Shown: positions 23,543-37,048 of the stretch, piece after piece | Layout: each line of letters opens with the position of its first letter | How positions within the stretch are numbered: position 1 is the first letter of the stretch | Notes under the pieces: generated by a model | Told to the model about the DNA's origin: nothing | Databases searched by the model: none | The model's input: the letters and a program-made list of their open reading frames with translations, nothing else | Assembly (NCBI GenBank): GCA_964016885.1 | Contig: OZ024742.1 | Span: forward strand, 55,056,001 to 55,120,000 | Reading direction: 5' to 3' | DNA: 64,000 nucleotides | Source of the DNA: Eledone cirrhosa | Lineage: Eukaryota | Position numbers and translations under genes: made by a program

Positions 23543-26500
23543 GGCGACCTACGTAGTAAATCGTATCATCGTGAGCTCCGCAAAGGTTTTTTATTTCCGT
23601 TTGTTAAAAATTGCCATTTATGGAAAATTTTTATTGTTAACTATATATAAGCGCACATACATTGTTTTCCGAAAAGGACACCCAAAAAGATTGGGGCCTT
23701 GTGCCCAAAATTTAAACTTTTATGATTATCAAAAAATTTCTTTGAAAAAAAATGGCTAATCACCTCTGCACCAAGCAGCTGAAAGCCTTCCTCACAAATT
23801 AACACCTCACACCGACACCACCATTGTAAATGATACTATGTTTGCCAACACAAACAATTTAAGCACTAGCAATATTTTAAATTTGTCTCAGGCAGACATT
23901 CATTTCCCGCCATTACCAATGACTGCAGGTGTTAAAGCCGACACCACCACCGCGACAACCCCCACCCCCACCACCAACGCGACAACAGAAACAAAAGGAA
24001 AAAATAAATCAACTCGTGATGTCGAAATATTTTCAACCAAAATGGACTCTTCCAAACCGAACTCCACTGACGTCACCACGACCACAACTGAAACTAAAAT
24101 TAATAATAACAAATATAACGATAGCAACAACGACAACAACAATGACATTAAAAAAACCACCCTGAGTTTTGCCAGAGTAGCAAAACAGTGCGAAGCATTT
24201 ACGGTAACTCAGGAGGAATTAGAAAATGCCAAAAAAATGGTAAAGAAAGATGGGTACAGGGTCAGCCTCCCCCCCCCACACCTAATAAAATGGAGCATCG
24301 GCGCCTATGCACTGTGTCGTATCGAACAGTAAATGTAAAATCGCGCCGAGTGGAACGGGCATCCGAGTCCCAAATCCAAAAAGCTATGGGACATGTGTGG
24401 GCAAGAAGAATCCACATCAGACGTGGGCAGAAGTATGGAACCGTGGACGTGTTCTTTGAAACACCAGAGGAGGCTAGAGAACACTCCATGGCCCCATTAA
24501 GAAGTGACGACTTCACACTCGTCCCAAGCTATTGTGGCCAGAGACTCGTAAAGATCAGGGTGACCCACGTTTCACCGGCCATCGAAATTCCCTGGCTAAT
24601 AGCGGCCGTCCTCGCCGGCATCGAAGCCAACACAAAGACAATAGCAAAAGAAAAGCAGGAGAACTGGTCCGGATCTTGGATGGAGCTCCTGATCCAAGCG
24701 GACCAAAAAAGCATTGAGGAGATCCCAGAGGTAATAGCCCTCACTGACGGCAGCCACCTCACCGTAATTGTCGAGGGCAGAAGGCCTAGGTGTGTCGTTT
24801 GTGGTGAAGGAACCAAACCTAAGGGCTTTCTGCCCTCAGGCTAAAAGGTTGAGGCCACCTCTTGTACCCACCCCAGTGACTCAACCATCAACACCACCAG
24901 TAGCAGAGATGCCAGCAACAACTGTAGCAGCAACAACAGAAGCAACTATAACAGCAACAACCCCATCAACAGTAGCAAAACAACACCACCACCACCAAAC
25001 GCTTCAGAACTAGCACCAGCGCCTACACCATCCACCACGCCACAACCAAAACTAACGCCTGTGGAGGATTTTCCACTCCCCGGCCTATCACAACTGGAGA
25101 CAGATTGTGACGACGAGGAGTGGGAAACGGTATCAGGAAAAGAAACCAAAAAAGAAAAAAATTCTCTTCTTTCCCCTTCCAAAAACAAAATACAGAGGGA
25201 AACAAATAAATTAACAAACGAAAAAGTTAGGACAGATATGCCACCATCCACACCAGCATCACCAAGCCCATCACCCCAAGCACCAACACCATCACCATCA
25301 TTAACCCCAACATCACCATCACCTACACCACAAAAGTCACCAAAATGCGAAACAGAAACAAACCCACAACAAACGAAAACAAAACAAAACAAACAAAACG
25401 ATACACACTACACAGCATTAAATTTGAACAACAAACAACACCAGCATCACAGAAAAAGACTACACAATAACCAAAAATTCACACCACCTCCACACATACA
25501 AATCACTCGCATCACACAGAAAACGTACATGACACTAAAACAAACATTCCCCAAAGACATCGGAGACTTCCGACAGGCACTCTCCAGGAGGATTTATATG
25601 GACATCCTTCCTGAGGAGGCCACAAGCAGTGAAAAGGATGGAAAACCCGTCCTTCCTCTACGAGAAGTAAGGTAAGTGGTCTTCCCATCTTTTCCACTCC
25701 TTTTCAACATGACCTCACTCAGAATAGGCAGCATAAATGCACGTGGCTTGGGGTCGTCATGGAAGCAGGGTCACCTGCTCAACGACCTCAGGTCACTAAA
25801 TATAGATGTAGTGGCCATCAGCGAGACCAGAATCGCCGAAGCACGGGCCTTCGCACCGATCTTCGATGTGTACGCATCTCCCAGCCGTCCGGGATCGGGG
25901 GAGGAGTTGCTGTGCTTTTTCGGAGAGGTTTGGATCTTGCCATACGGGCCATCTTCCTGGACCCAGAAGGTAAGTTGGTGGTGCTGGACGTGACCAGCGG
26001 AGACGGGCAAGCTTTCAGGTTAGTGGCCGTCTATGCCCCGACAGGAACAGGGCGGCCTGATTTCTTCCGGCGTCTAGAGACCTTTCTTGGAACGTCCCCC
26101 TCTTTAGTGTTAGTGGGCGACTGGAATAGGATCTTAGATGCACGCTGGGATTGTGTGGGATTAGTGGATAGGGAAGGAGGGTGCAAGAGTCTTAACAACC
26201 TGCTCAGGCGTTTTGAACTGTCTGACGGGTACCGATTGGATTTCCCGAATGTACCAATGTGGACTTGGACAAATCGTATCGGGTCATCCAGATCATATCT
26301 AGATACAGTATTTTGTAGGGAAATAGATAGCTCTAGCATAGGCTGTCCACAATTCAAGATAGTCAGCTACACGGACCACAAATTCGTGATCTGTGTGCTT
26401 GACTTAGATAGGCTTCATAGACGAGGACCGGGCTACTGGAAGCTAAACGCATTCTTACCAGCGCGCAAGGCCTACAGAGACCTGATTAGCGAACTAGTTA

Positions 26501-29255
26501 AGCGGGCGTTGACGGGGGCCATCGTCAACAACAAGTGGTGGTTTGCTTTGAAAAGAGCAATTAGAATAGAGTCCATTAGGTTTAGTAAGGTTTTAGCAAT
26601 AGAGAAAAATAGAGCAGAGGGAGAATTAGTTAGAAAATTAGACGAGGCGCTTAGCAAAGGCATCGCTACCGATGTACTTGCGGCGAAATTGGCCCTTGAC
26701 CAATTCTTCAATGCAAAGCACGAAGGCTGCGTTGTCAGAGCTAGGGTGCGTGCTCTCAGACACGAGGGAACGAAAGCCGTTCAATGGGCCCTAGTGGCGG
26801 AGGCGCGTCGTGGCAACAAAGCCACGATCCGGTCTTTGGTGGACCACGACGGGCGCATGCTACTCGACCCCGGGAAAATGTGTGAAGCTTTTCAGCGACA
26901 CTTCGCTTAAATGTGAGTGGGCAGTGGCGGGCCGGATCGAGAGATGGACCTTGGTGTCTACCTCGACGGACTGCCGCGGCTCTTGGCTACTGAGGCGGAG
27001 TGTTGCGAAAATCCGATAACAGCCGCTGAAGTATAGGAGGCAATGACTGGCTGCACAAGGGGTAAATCGCCTGGTGTGGGTGGTCTGCCCTATGAACTTT
27101 ACGTACAAATGCCAGACTTGTTCGGAGGCCTCTTGGCGGACGTCTACTGCAACTGGCAACAGAACGGGAGCATTCTCAGCTCTGTGAGCCGAGGAGCGGT
27201 GGCGCTGCTGAGAAAGGATCCGAACAAGGGGGATAACATAGATAATTTTAGGCCCATAACTCTGCTAAACACAGAGTTCAAGATTTTGGCCAAGGTGCTA
27301 GCAAAGAGGTTGGCGCTTGTCGTTGGTGGTCTGGTGGGAGAGGCGCAGACATGCGCCATTCCCGACAGATCCATCCACGTCAACCTCCACCTCATGCGAT
27401 ACATCGTAGAGAGGGTAGCTAAGGAACCTGGCACGGGTGGGACTTTGTTCAATTTAGATCAGTCGAGAGCCTTCGATAGGGTCGACCATCGTTACCTAGC
27501 GGCAGTCCTGAGGGCGACTGGCTTTGGGCCCGTCTTCAGAGGCTGGATCGCTGCCATGCACAGCGACATCTGCTCTGTAGTGAGAGTGAACGGTCACCTT
27601 TCGGAACCGTTCAACATCATGAGATCGGTCCGCCAAGGATGTCCCCTCTCGTCCCTATTGTACGTATTGACTCTTGAGCCATTACTGCACCTACTGGAGA
27701 CGTTGAGGGGGGTCCCGCGCGAAATAGGATGCGGAAGATCCGTGTCAGCATATGCGGACGATGTCACCGTAGTGGTGTCGAACGCCAAACACATCGAGGC
27801 GATCGGCACCACACTAAGATAATACGAAGCGATGACAGGAGCAATGATCAACCAGAAAAAGTCAGTGGCCTGCAGCTCGGCACCTGGAGAGGCAGATCCA
27901 TGCCGTCCAACAGCGTCGTCGGGCGCTGGACGGACGGACCAGTTAAATTGCTCGGGCTCTGGTTCGGTCCGGATCTCCAGACGGAGAAACACTGGGACGA
28001 GGTGACGAGCAGGTTGGCTTCTCTCACCCAGAAATGGGCGCAGAAGAAGCTCTTTCGCTTTATGTAGAAGGGACGCGCTCCGATGGTCAGGCGGTCCATC
28101 TGCTGTCAACACCCGCTACGTGGAGGGCTGGGAATGCCGTGGCTGATGATGCGCAGACACGCGCTCAGGCTACGACATCTCTAACTTTTCTTCGACGGTG
28201 ATCAGGTGTGGTCTCCATTTGCTAGACGCGTCTTTCCCCAGCTCGTTTCCTTGAGGGAGCTGCAGTCCTGGGTCAAGCGAAGACAGAGAGGGAGCGCTTG
28301 GAGACTGGAATGTCTTCAGGCGCTCACAGGCCTCGACCAATCGGGCAATGTGATCGGTGGAAACTCCACCTTGGCGTTCCATAGAGGATTATTGGAGGGG
28401 AAGAGCGACGACGTACTTGGGGAAACTCTAGGCGTCGACGAAAATCAACTAGCCAATCTCTTCGGACGAACTTTCGGGCCGGGGCCTATGGACAACTTCT
28501 AGAAATCTCTGACCTGGCAGTCCTACCGAGGAGCTTTGCCAGTTAGGGATAAAATCTACAGGCATGGAGGTACCGTCAACCGGGCATGTCCGAGACGCGC
28601 GCAGGGCGACGAAACCGTCCTGCACGCACTCGTCCAGTGTCCGATCATTGCTGATTTGTGGGTTTATGTGGAACACCTGCTGTCGCGTGTACGTCGGATC
28701 CAGCTATCAGCTGAGTCAATCGTAAGGATTGCCCCGCCCTCTTCCTTTAGCCGGGAAGGGCAGACAGTTTTTATCTGTCTGGTGGCCATGGCGAAAGAGA
28801 TAGTATGGTGGACACGTTTGAAAGGGCTGAAGACGAGCACTTACCTCTTCGGTGATGCCTTGATTAACTTTTTCAAATTTCATTTAAAAAGGAAAATCAG
28901 GGTAGAGAGGGAAGTGCTCGCTTCCCGGCATTTTGTTGAAAGATGGGTGAGAGAAGCAAGAATGGCCCGAGTGAATGGGCCTACTTTGAGTATGTGTCTG
29001 TAAATTAAAGGTGGAAAACTGGGAGAGGGTACTTGCCCTGGTGGTCAGGGTCACTGTGGCCTTTTAATGGGCTTTCCCCACAAATGTCCCTCGGAAGCGT
29101 CCCCCCTAATGGGGAATTTTTCATTGATATTTTTTTGTTACATCCTGTGTTTTTGTTCTTTACACGCAGAAATGCCCATTTGTACCGTTCTGTATTGTCC
29201 TGCACTGTCCTTAATGTCTACTTTATGTAAACCCTTGTGGTTAATAAAGAAAACA
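23543..29255 (+). mobile_element. Full-length Tx1/L1-clade LINE, family A, copy 2 (degenerate; ORF1 about 23752-25675, ORF2 about 25709-29003)
   Basis: Colinear with 1689-7583 with the same termini; multiple stops, frameshifts and deletions, including about 120 bp lost near 28050. Confidence 0.92.
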
Positions 29256-29272
29256 TTATTATTATTATTATT

Positions 29273-31930
29273 TGCATTTATCTTGCTTTATGTTTATACG
29301 AGTTATCACCAAGTCACAACCAGTGACCTCAAGAGACAACAAGGTCCGCCATGTTCAAGAAAGAACACACATATTCACACATGCATCCTTAGTGTTTAGA
29401 CTTGTGATGTACTTATATTGACAGGATCTTCCTTAGTATATGGGCAGTTCCCATTAGTACTATCTTTTGTATTTCTCCTATACGCGGGTTTCCTGGGATT
29501 TGCGATAAGTAGTCGTTAGACCCCTTAGGTATCATTCCCAGAGCGCCTACAACCACTGGTATTGTTTTAGTTCTCAATTTCCACATTTTTCCAATTTCTA
29601 TCTCCAGGTCCTTATACTTGCTCAATTTTTCAAATGTTTTTATAGATACATTCTTGTCTATTGGAACAGACATATCAATTAGCAGGCATACCCTCCTTTG
29701 AAAGTCCTTCAATATTATATCAGGTCTATTTGCATCTATTTTTCGGTCTGTTTGGATGCTAAAGTTCCACAAGATTGAGATGTGATCTTTTTCAAGTATG
29801 GGAGGTGGTTGATGCTCCCACCAATTCTTTTGATAGGGCAGGTCAAAATGCTTACACATTATCCAATGTATGTATTGTGCAGCTCTGTCATGCCTGTTTA
29901 GGTATTCGGTTGGAGCTATAGGACTGCACATTGAAATTATATGGTCAATGGTCTCTGGTTGTTTTTTGCATACACGGCATAATGGGCTGCACCCATTTTT
30001 TATTATGTTGGCTTGGTAATTTTTTGTTGGCAGACACTGATCTTGTGCGGAGATAATCAGTCCTTCAGTCTCCGATTTCAGTCCAGAAGATGCCAACCAC
30101 TGATGGGTTAAAGTTTTGTCAACATCAGGATTGTTAGCTCGCTCTGGGTATTTTCCATACAGAGGCTTTTCTTGCCATTTCTTAGCCAGTTTCTGTAGCA
30201 GTTCTTTCTTTGCAGTTACTTTTACCTGCTTTGCTTTTTCTGTGTTTTCCATTTCAGCAGTAAATGGGACTTCTGAAATTTGTAGTCCATTACTGTATCT
30301 TTGTGCATCTTTTGTAATGGAATATGATCTTTTGGTGCTTTCGTGTTTCAAAACGAGTTTGATCATCCAATCATGTGATTCCCTTAGATATGTGGATAAT
30401 CCAATTGTTGCAGTTTTCAACGCAATGTCTAACTGGATTAACCCACGTCCTCCTTCTTTCCTAGGGAGATATATTCTATCTATGTCTGCCTTAGGGTGAT
30501 GCATTCTGTGCATGGTTAAGAATTTTCGGATTTTTGTATCGAGCCTACGGATCTCTGTGCTTGACCAGTTGATGACATTGTAACTGTAGGTTACTACTGG
30601 TATGGCAAGCGTGTTTATGGCATCGATCCTATTCCTTGCATTCAATTCCGTTCTTAAGATTGCTCTGACTCTGCGGTAACATTCCTTCCTTATCCTTTCC
30701 CTCATTGTCGAGTGCTTGATTCCGTCTCCTTCACAAACACCTAGATATTTGTAAGTTTGTTCTTGATCAAGCTCTCTTATCACGTTCCCCCGATCAAGAT
30801 TAATGTCTGAACTCTTCAGCAGCTTTCCTCTGGTGAACGTTGCTTTGGCGCATTTATCCAGTCCAAACTCCATTTTAATGTCATCACTGAACTGCTTCAC
30901 AGTGGATAATAGCCCTTGCAATTGTTCATCATTTTTTGCGAATAGTTTCAGGTCATCCATGTAGAACAGGTGATTAATGGTTTTGTCATAGACTCTATAT
31001 CCATGTTTTGTTTCATTGAGCATTTTACTTAATGGTATAAGTGCGATGCAGAATAAAAGCGGTGATAAAGAGTCACCCTGAAAAATTCCACAATTAATGT
31101 TAACTTCTCCAGCTTCCAGTGATTTTGTTTCACTATTCAAAAGGAGTGTCGTTCTCCATGTCCTCATACTGAATGACAAAAACCTCCTGACAACGGGGGA
31201 TATTTTGAAAATCTCTAAACATTTTTCAATCCAACTGTGTGGCAAACTATCAAATGCTTTTTTATAATCTATCCAAGCAATCGATAGATTTTTGTGTCTA
31301 TTATGACAATCTTCCAGTATCATTTTGTTAACCAGAAGCTGATCCTTACAGCCATATGAGCCTCGTTTACACCCTTTCTGCTCAATGGGAAATAGGTCAT
31401 TTGTTATCAGGTGGTCATATGTGTATTCAGTTAGGACTGATGTTAAAATTTTATACATTGTGGTCAAGCAGGTTATCGGTCTGTAATTTTTGGGATTGTT
31501 TGTCTCATCATTCTTCGGTAGCAGGAATGTAATGCCGTTAACTAGCCATGATGGTATCTTTTCTGGCTCCTTAACTATTTCATTGTAAAGTTGGGCCAAC
31601 AGCTCATGAGACTCTGTGAAGGCATTTATCCAAAAGTTTTGTATTTTGTCTTTTCCTGGGGATTTCCATTTGCTGGTTTTTCTTAGAGCCAAGCGCAGCT
31701 GTTCAACTGTTATATTTTCCCATGTTTGTTCTTCAAGGTGAGCTGTTTCTTTCATTTGTCTGTCTATCCATGGGGCATGTATGTTATGAACTTTTTCTTC
31801 GGCCCAGATCTTTTCCCAGAATTCTTGCACTTCCTCCTTGGGTGGTATTGATTTAGCAGTTATTGTTGACTTACCAATTTTTCTGTAGAAGTTTCTTTGG
31901 TTGTTTTTGAACATATTATTGTCCTTATAG
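29273..31930 (-). mobile_element. R4/Dong-like RLE LINE, family A, copy 2 (5'-truncated, intact ORF)
   Basis: Flanked by (TTA)n on both sides (29255-29272 and 31931-31976); 3' UTR of about 140 bp. Confidence 0.95.
29413..31914 (-). CDS. R4-type RT, CCHC zinc knuckle and restriction-like endonuclease (833 aa, lacks the N-terminal domain)
   Basis: GIFQGDSLSP, YMDD, GGRGL, CRVC..ETIDHIISMC, RHD, RPDII..D..LIDMSVP..EKLSKY. Confidence 0.93.
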   Translation of the reverse strand: MFKNNQRNFYRKIGKSTITAKSIPPKEEVQEFWEKIWAEEKVHNIHAPWIDRQMKETAHLEEQTWENITVEQLRLALRKTSKWKSPGKDKIQNFWINAFTESHELLAQLYNEIVKEPEKIPSWLVNGITFLLPKNDETNNPKNYRPITCLTTMYKILTSVLTEYTYDHLITNDLFPIEQKGCKRGSYGCKDQLLVNKMILEDCHNRHKNLSIAWIDYKKAFDSLPHSWIEKCLEIFKISPVVRRFLSFSMRTWRTTLLLNSETKSLEAGEVNINCGIFQGDSLSPLLFCIALIPLSKMLNETKHGYRVYDKTINHLFYMDDLKLFAKNDEQLQGLLSTVKQFSDDIKMEFGLDKCAKATFTRGKLLKSSDINLDRGNVIRELDQEQTYKYLGVCEGDGIKHSTMRERIRKECYRRVRAILRTELNARNRIDAINTLAIPVVTYSYNVINWSSTEIRRLDTKIRKFLTMHRMHHPKADIDRIYLPRKEGGRGLIQLDIALKTATIGLSTYLRESHDWMIKLVLKHESTKRSYSITKDAQRYSNGLQISEVPFTAEMENTEKAKQVKVTAKKELLQKLAKKWQEKPLYGKYPERANNPDVDKTLTHQWLASSGLKSETEGLIISAQDQCLPTKNYQANIIKNGCSPLCRVCKKQPETIDHIISMCSPIAPTEYLNRHDRAAQYIHWIMCKHFDLPYQKNWWEHQPPPILEKDHISILWNFSIQTDRKIDANRPDIILKDFQRRVCLLIDMSVPIDKNVSIKTFEKLSKYKDLEIEIGKMWKLRTKTIPVVVGALGMIPKGSNDYLSQIPGNPRIGEIQKIVLMGTAHILRKILSI

Positions 31931-31977
<47 letters not shown>

Positions 31978-31979
31978 AG

Positions 31980-32446
31980 TTGCATTTATCTTGCTTTATG
32001 TTCATACGAGTTATCACCAAGTCACAACCAGTGACCTCAAGAGACAACAAGGTCCGCCATGTTCAAGAAAGAACATACATACACACACATGCATCTTTAG
32101 GTGTTTAGACTTCTGATGTACTTATATTGACAGAATCTTCCTTATTATATGGGCAGTACCCATTAGTACTATCTTTTGTTTTTCTCCTATACGCGGGTTT
32201 CCTTGGATTTGGGATAAGTAATCATTAGACCCCTTAATGTATCATTCCTAGAGCGCCTACAACCACTGGTATTGTTTTAGTTATCAATTTCCACATTTTT
32301 CCAATTTCTATCTCCAGGTAAATTTTCAAATGTTTTTATAGATACATTCTTGTCTATTGGAACGGACATAACAATTAGCAGGCATACCCTCTTTTTAAAG
32401 TCCTTCAGTATTATATCAGGTCTATTTGCATCTATTTTTCGGTCTG
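31980..32446 (-). mobile_element. R4-A 3'-end fragment (copy 3)
   Basis: matches 29273-29750 with substitutions and a small deletion. Confidence 0.9.
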
Positions 32447-35185
32447 GTAATATCAAAGCTGGAATGCTGATATTTGGGACTGGCTGTGTTAGGCCCTTAG
32501 TTTTCTTTATGTTTACGATAAAGCCAACGCGATTGTAGGCTATAGCAGCGTTCCTTCACAGACTTTTGTATGGCAGAAGACAGGTTGAAATCAGCATATC
32601 GAAGTTCTGAGACATATTGTATGTGCGTTATACGTTTACGTTTAGATCGAAGTTTACTAAGTTTAAAAAGTATTCCTTCATATAGACATCTTTATGTGAA
32701 CTCCAGGATTGTCTTGAGGATGTTCGTGAAGCATTGCAGCCAGATACAATTAGAATAGCGTAGGAGCCAAGATGCAACTTCGTTTGAGTCTACGCGTGAT
32801 TGCTAATTCTTCTGACAACGCGGTTTGGTGGAATACACCTCCAGTCATATTGGCCTGCGTTGCTTTAACGAGTGAAACAAAGTGGTCGAGACTTGCAAAA
32901 AGTTGATAAACCTTCCACATGGGAGATCTTGAAATGCTATTAAAGGCCTTATCCAAGTCATAGAAAACAAGGAAAATGGACATTTGTTATTCTTCCCGTT
33001 CTCCTTAAGTTTCCTTGCACAAAGATAATGTCGATAGTGTTACGGGAGACCCTGAATTTACATTGAAATTCTGATAGTATCCTTTAGGCGATATTTTGTT
33101 GCTAATTTAGAAGTGACCTGGCGATGAATTTTCCAGTGTATAGGGAGTAATAATTTTCCTCTATAGTCCCCACAGGCTTCTCGATCGCCATTTTTAAAGA
33201 TCATATTGATGACTGCACCTTTCAGTTCTTTAGTGACTCCCACATCCTCAGAATGAGGATGAAAATACGGGTTTTCAAGCGTAAGCCACCATGTTGTAGC
33301 AGTTCAAAAGAGGTTTTCTGGGTTTATATACTGCGTTGATCTCATTTGCTTCATAGCTTGCTTGAATTCTTGAAAAATAGGCTCCGTGTTCATTCACAGC
33401 AGGGAAGGATTATTTGGAACGTTTCTCAGGACGGCCTCATATGTGTACTATTTCCTATTTTAGGAGAGTAGAAAAAATATTCCTCCAGGATGTTCGTATT
33501 GTGGGCTGCTTGAAGGGATCATGTTGAAATGCGAAATCATGTTGTTGATTTCAATACTGTTTTCACCACACCAATCCTGATTCTTAGTAATGCTGAATCG
33601 GATGACAGTGTATTCTATTTCTGCGATTATACGAATGGTTTTTTTCATACTTTTTCATTCACGAATAGTTTTTCATTCTTCATCAACAGATTTGTCGTCG
33701 ATTGGATTAGAACTAATTTCTTGACTTATTTTGACTTCAAAGGTGATTGTAGTGTCAGGATTCTCGAGTTTTGATATATCATATTTTCTACGAGATGCTC
33801 GTTGATGTTTTATTCTTGTTTGTTTACGAATGATGAGTCTCATGCTTGAGATGACAAGGCGGTGATCTGTCCTGCAGTCGTCAGCAACAAGGCCCACTTT
33901 GCTGACGAGGACGTCTCATTTGTCTTGTCGTATGATGCCATAGTCTATCAGAAGCCTGTGCTTGGATCGGGGGTGCATCTATTTTCTCTTTTAGAAAGTC
34001 GGAATTGTGTATTCGTGGTGAATACATTGTGTTCCATGCATAGACGTCGTAACGGATGTCCAATGATTTGCAAATCCCGACGCCTAATTTACCGGTATTT
34101 TCCCATCGGCCTTGCATTGACATCTTCTAGCAACAGAAGATTGTTCGCCGATGGTATGTTGACAATAATGATACTTAGTTGTTGGTAAAATTGATTCTTT
34201 GCTTCTTCATCAGCATGAAGAGTTGAAGTATATGTAGAAATGAGAGTGATGTACTTCTCTTTAGGAAGTGGTAAAAGAAGAGTCGTATGTCGTTCGTTGA
34301 TGTTCTTGTATGATGCAGGTTTTCGTAGCAAGACCAATTCCTAGGATATTTCTCTCTTCCTCATCCTTGACTTTCCATAAGACTGTATAGCCAGAGTCGG
34401 TTTCTTTGAGGTCTTCTTCCCCGGATAAGCCGTGTTTCACTCAGGGGTTCAGTGTCCTCATTCAATCTAGCCAGCGCTTCTGATACTAGAGCAATGCGTC
34501 TTTCTGGTCTGTCGGTGTTGTCAATGACGAAAAGAGTTCTAACGTTCTATGTTCCAAAGATCATATTAGTATTCTTAAGCTTCTTAATGTTTCGACCGAA
34601 TGATGGGTCGCCCGCCGGTACGATTTTCCTCCCGGGAAGTGGACATGACTTTCGATGTTTAGTCCACATTTTCTAGGATCTCCTTCCACTAAGGTGAGTA
34701 ATATTACCTCTATGCAGGCCTGTATAGAGACGAATGCAGAACCGGACTTCTAAGTAGACACTAGACCTTAGGAGAGCGACCATCACGCATTCGCCGCCAA
34801 CATTCATGTTCAGGACCAGAAGCATACAGTTTCACCAAATCCTGCTTGCGTCAACCATTCCATATCGCGTTGGCCGCCTTTGTAAGAGTTGGTTGGATGC
34901 GAAAGAAAATCAGAGTAGAAGAAAAGGCATGTAGTGAGAATTTGTTTAAGGTGGATTTCAGCTTGCCGGGAAATGACCCAAGAACTTCATTTCATGACCT
35001 TCCTTTGCAGCAGATATGGAATGAGTCATGACACTGTAACGGACTGCAGTAACTTGTGTGGCGTCCTCTGTAGCATATCCGTCATGCGTAGCACCAAAGG
35101 CCCCAATCTGAACGTCGGGGTCTTTGGCGGCTAGTCGCGCTTACTCTGGGATCTTGTCTTCGACGATTTAGAGGAAAACCACGTG
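32447..35185 (-). mobile_element. Decayed RTE-clade LINE (5' UTR, APE and part of RT)
   Basis: Peptide relics: NVRTL, NERH..LPL....TLIS.Y..TL, DC.TDHRLV, FKNGDR..CGDYRG, FYDLDKAFNS, CILAPTLF. Confidence 0.85.
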
Positions 35186-35228
35186 TGTGTGTTCACATAT
35201 ATATATATATATTAAAATAACCGTTTAA

Positions 35229-35279
35229 AGTTTAAGCAAAGAATCGCTGTTTTCACCCTTAACGGGATCTTCTGAAACT
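35229..35279 (-). ncRNA. Hammerhead-like motif with a CAGAAGA core, inside a PLE pseudo-LTR relic (about 35210-35400)
   Basis: inverted homologue of 44361-44411. Confidence 0.5.
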
Positions 35280-35821
35280 AAAAAAAATCAATCTGTGAAC
35301 GCAGAAGTAAATATTTCGAAAAACGTTGCAACCGATGGAAAACAGGAAGACGATAATTTGGTTCTTGATGACGTTACCGGGCAATGAACGGAAAAAAGCG
35401 AAGATAATAAGTTGTTATGTGGAGCGATATACATATTCATGCTTATGTGTATACAAAATATATACGTATCCACAATTGTTCAGTTGTCGCTAAACTTGAT
35501 ATACTGGAAACTAACTGTGGCAGTGTGTTAGTATTTATATTATATTTTGAAATAAATCATCATGTCTTCACTGCTTCATTTTCATTCTTTACGTTCGTCT
35601 ATGTTTTTATGTATTGAATTCCGATATCTTAATTTCACAACAAATTAAGACGCAGAAATCAATTTCATACATATGTGACATTTTCAGTTTCTGTGATGTT
35701 TGAGACTTTTCTCAATTTCTTCAATTTTCCTCCCACCCCATCCACCTTGCCTCCTCCACCACCTTTATTCACTCTCTTACAACAAAATAGCTCTAAGAAA
35801 GAGATATTTTATATTCTATTA

Positions 35822-35884
<63 letters not shown>

Positions 35885-36009
35885 AAAATTATGATGAATC
35901 AAATGAATTTAATCTAAATCAAAATTAAGGGTGTCATGCCAGAAGGACATGCGCCATATCACCCGCAAAATAAGCTCTAAGATTCTAACGAGTAGGTCCG
36001 GGCATTTTA

Positions 36010-36484
36010 TAATAACTAGAAATTGATTAAGATATAAATAAACATGAATAATCACAGGAGATAATTTTTACAAGTGTGTAACCACACATAGCTAGGTAGG
36101 TAACTAAATAAAGTTGACCAGAACTTCAAAAATAGATACCGTATTATATGATTAATCTTCCTTTTATATATTACATTAAAGAAATATATTTCACCAAATA
36201 ATCGGATGGTAAACCACGGAAGTGGAGACTTGGATTTTCAACAAGGAAGAAGTTCCAGCGATCCGTGTTTACACTTCAAGTTCAAATCACCATTAATTGG
36301 TGAAATATATTTCTTTAATGGAATATATACAGGGAAGATTAATCATATTATAAGGTATCTATTTTTGAAGTTCTGGTCAACTTTATTTACTTACCTACCT
36401 AGCTATGTGTGGTTACACACTTGTAAAAATTATCTCCTGTGATTATTCATGTTTATTTATATGTTAATCAATTTCTAGTTATTA
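36010..36484. repeat. Long inverted repeat (arms 36010-36197 and 36297-36484, spacer about 100 bp)
   Basis: arms are reverse complements with scattered mismatches; (TA)n flank on the right. Confidence 0.9.
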
Positions 36485-36957
36485 TATATATATATATATA
36501 TATATTGTTATACTAAACAAATTCAGAAACGAAATATATATATATAGTCTATATTTTACGTTAGATAGTTGCCACTAGGAGGATCTGAAATTGATCTATA
36601 GTTAAGAAAAAGATAGATATAGCACAATTGTCAAGAACATTTCTTTTATATCTGCCTGAAAAAAATATATAATGAAGATTTATTGAGGTCAACAACGATA
36701 TGATATTACTGAGAAATTTTTTAGTAAATTATATTTCATAGAATAAATTACTGGGAAAATGTCTATGTTGAAGATAAATACTAACAAAAGAAACTTTCTC
36801 TAAACGACTGGCTAGTAATAAACTTCCTTTCGTAGAATCTATTTTATTCACTGTAACATGTATATATGCATGTATATATATCTAACATACATATCCGACG
36901 ACTTTGTTTCAATGTGTATGTGTGTGTCTGTATTTGTGTGTGTATATATATATACAT

Positions 36958-37048
36958 GTTTCTACTTTTGGTACAAGGCCAGCAATAACCCAGTGTATTA
37001 CTGGTACTTTATTTTATCGACCCTGTAAGGATGAAAGGCATAGTTAAC
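36958..37048 (-). mobile_element. SINE 3' half
   Basis: reverse complement of the SINE core and tail. Confidence 0.8.

Noticed and set aside
34600-35185. HDV-like ribozyme at the RTE (or R4) 5' end
   Set aside because: Could not build the nested double pseudoknot by eye; sequence too decayed
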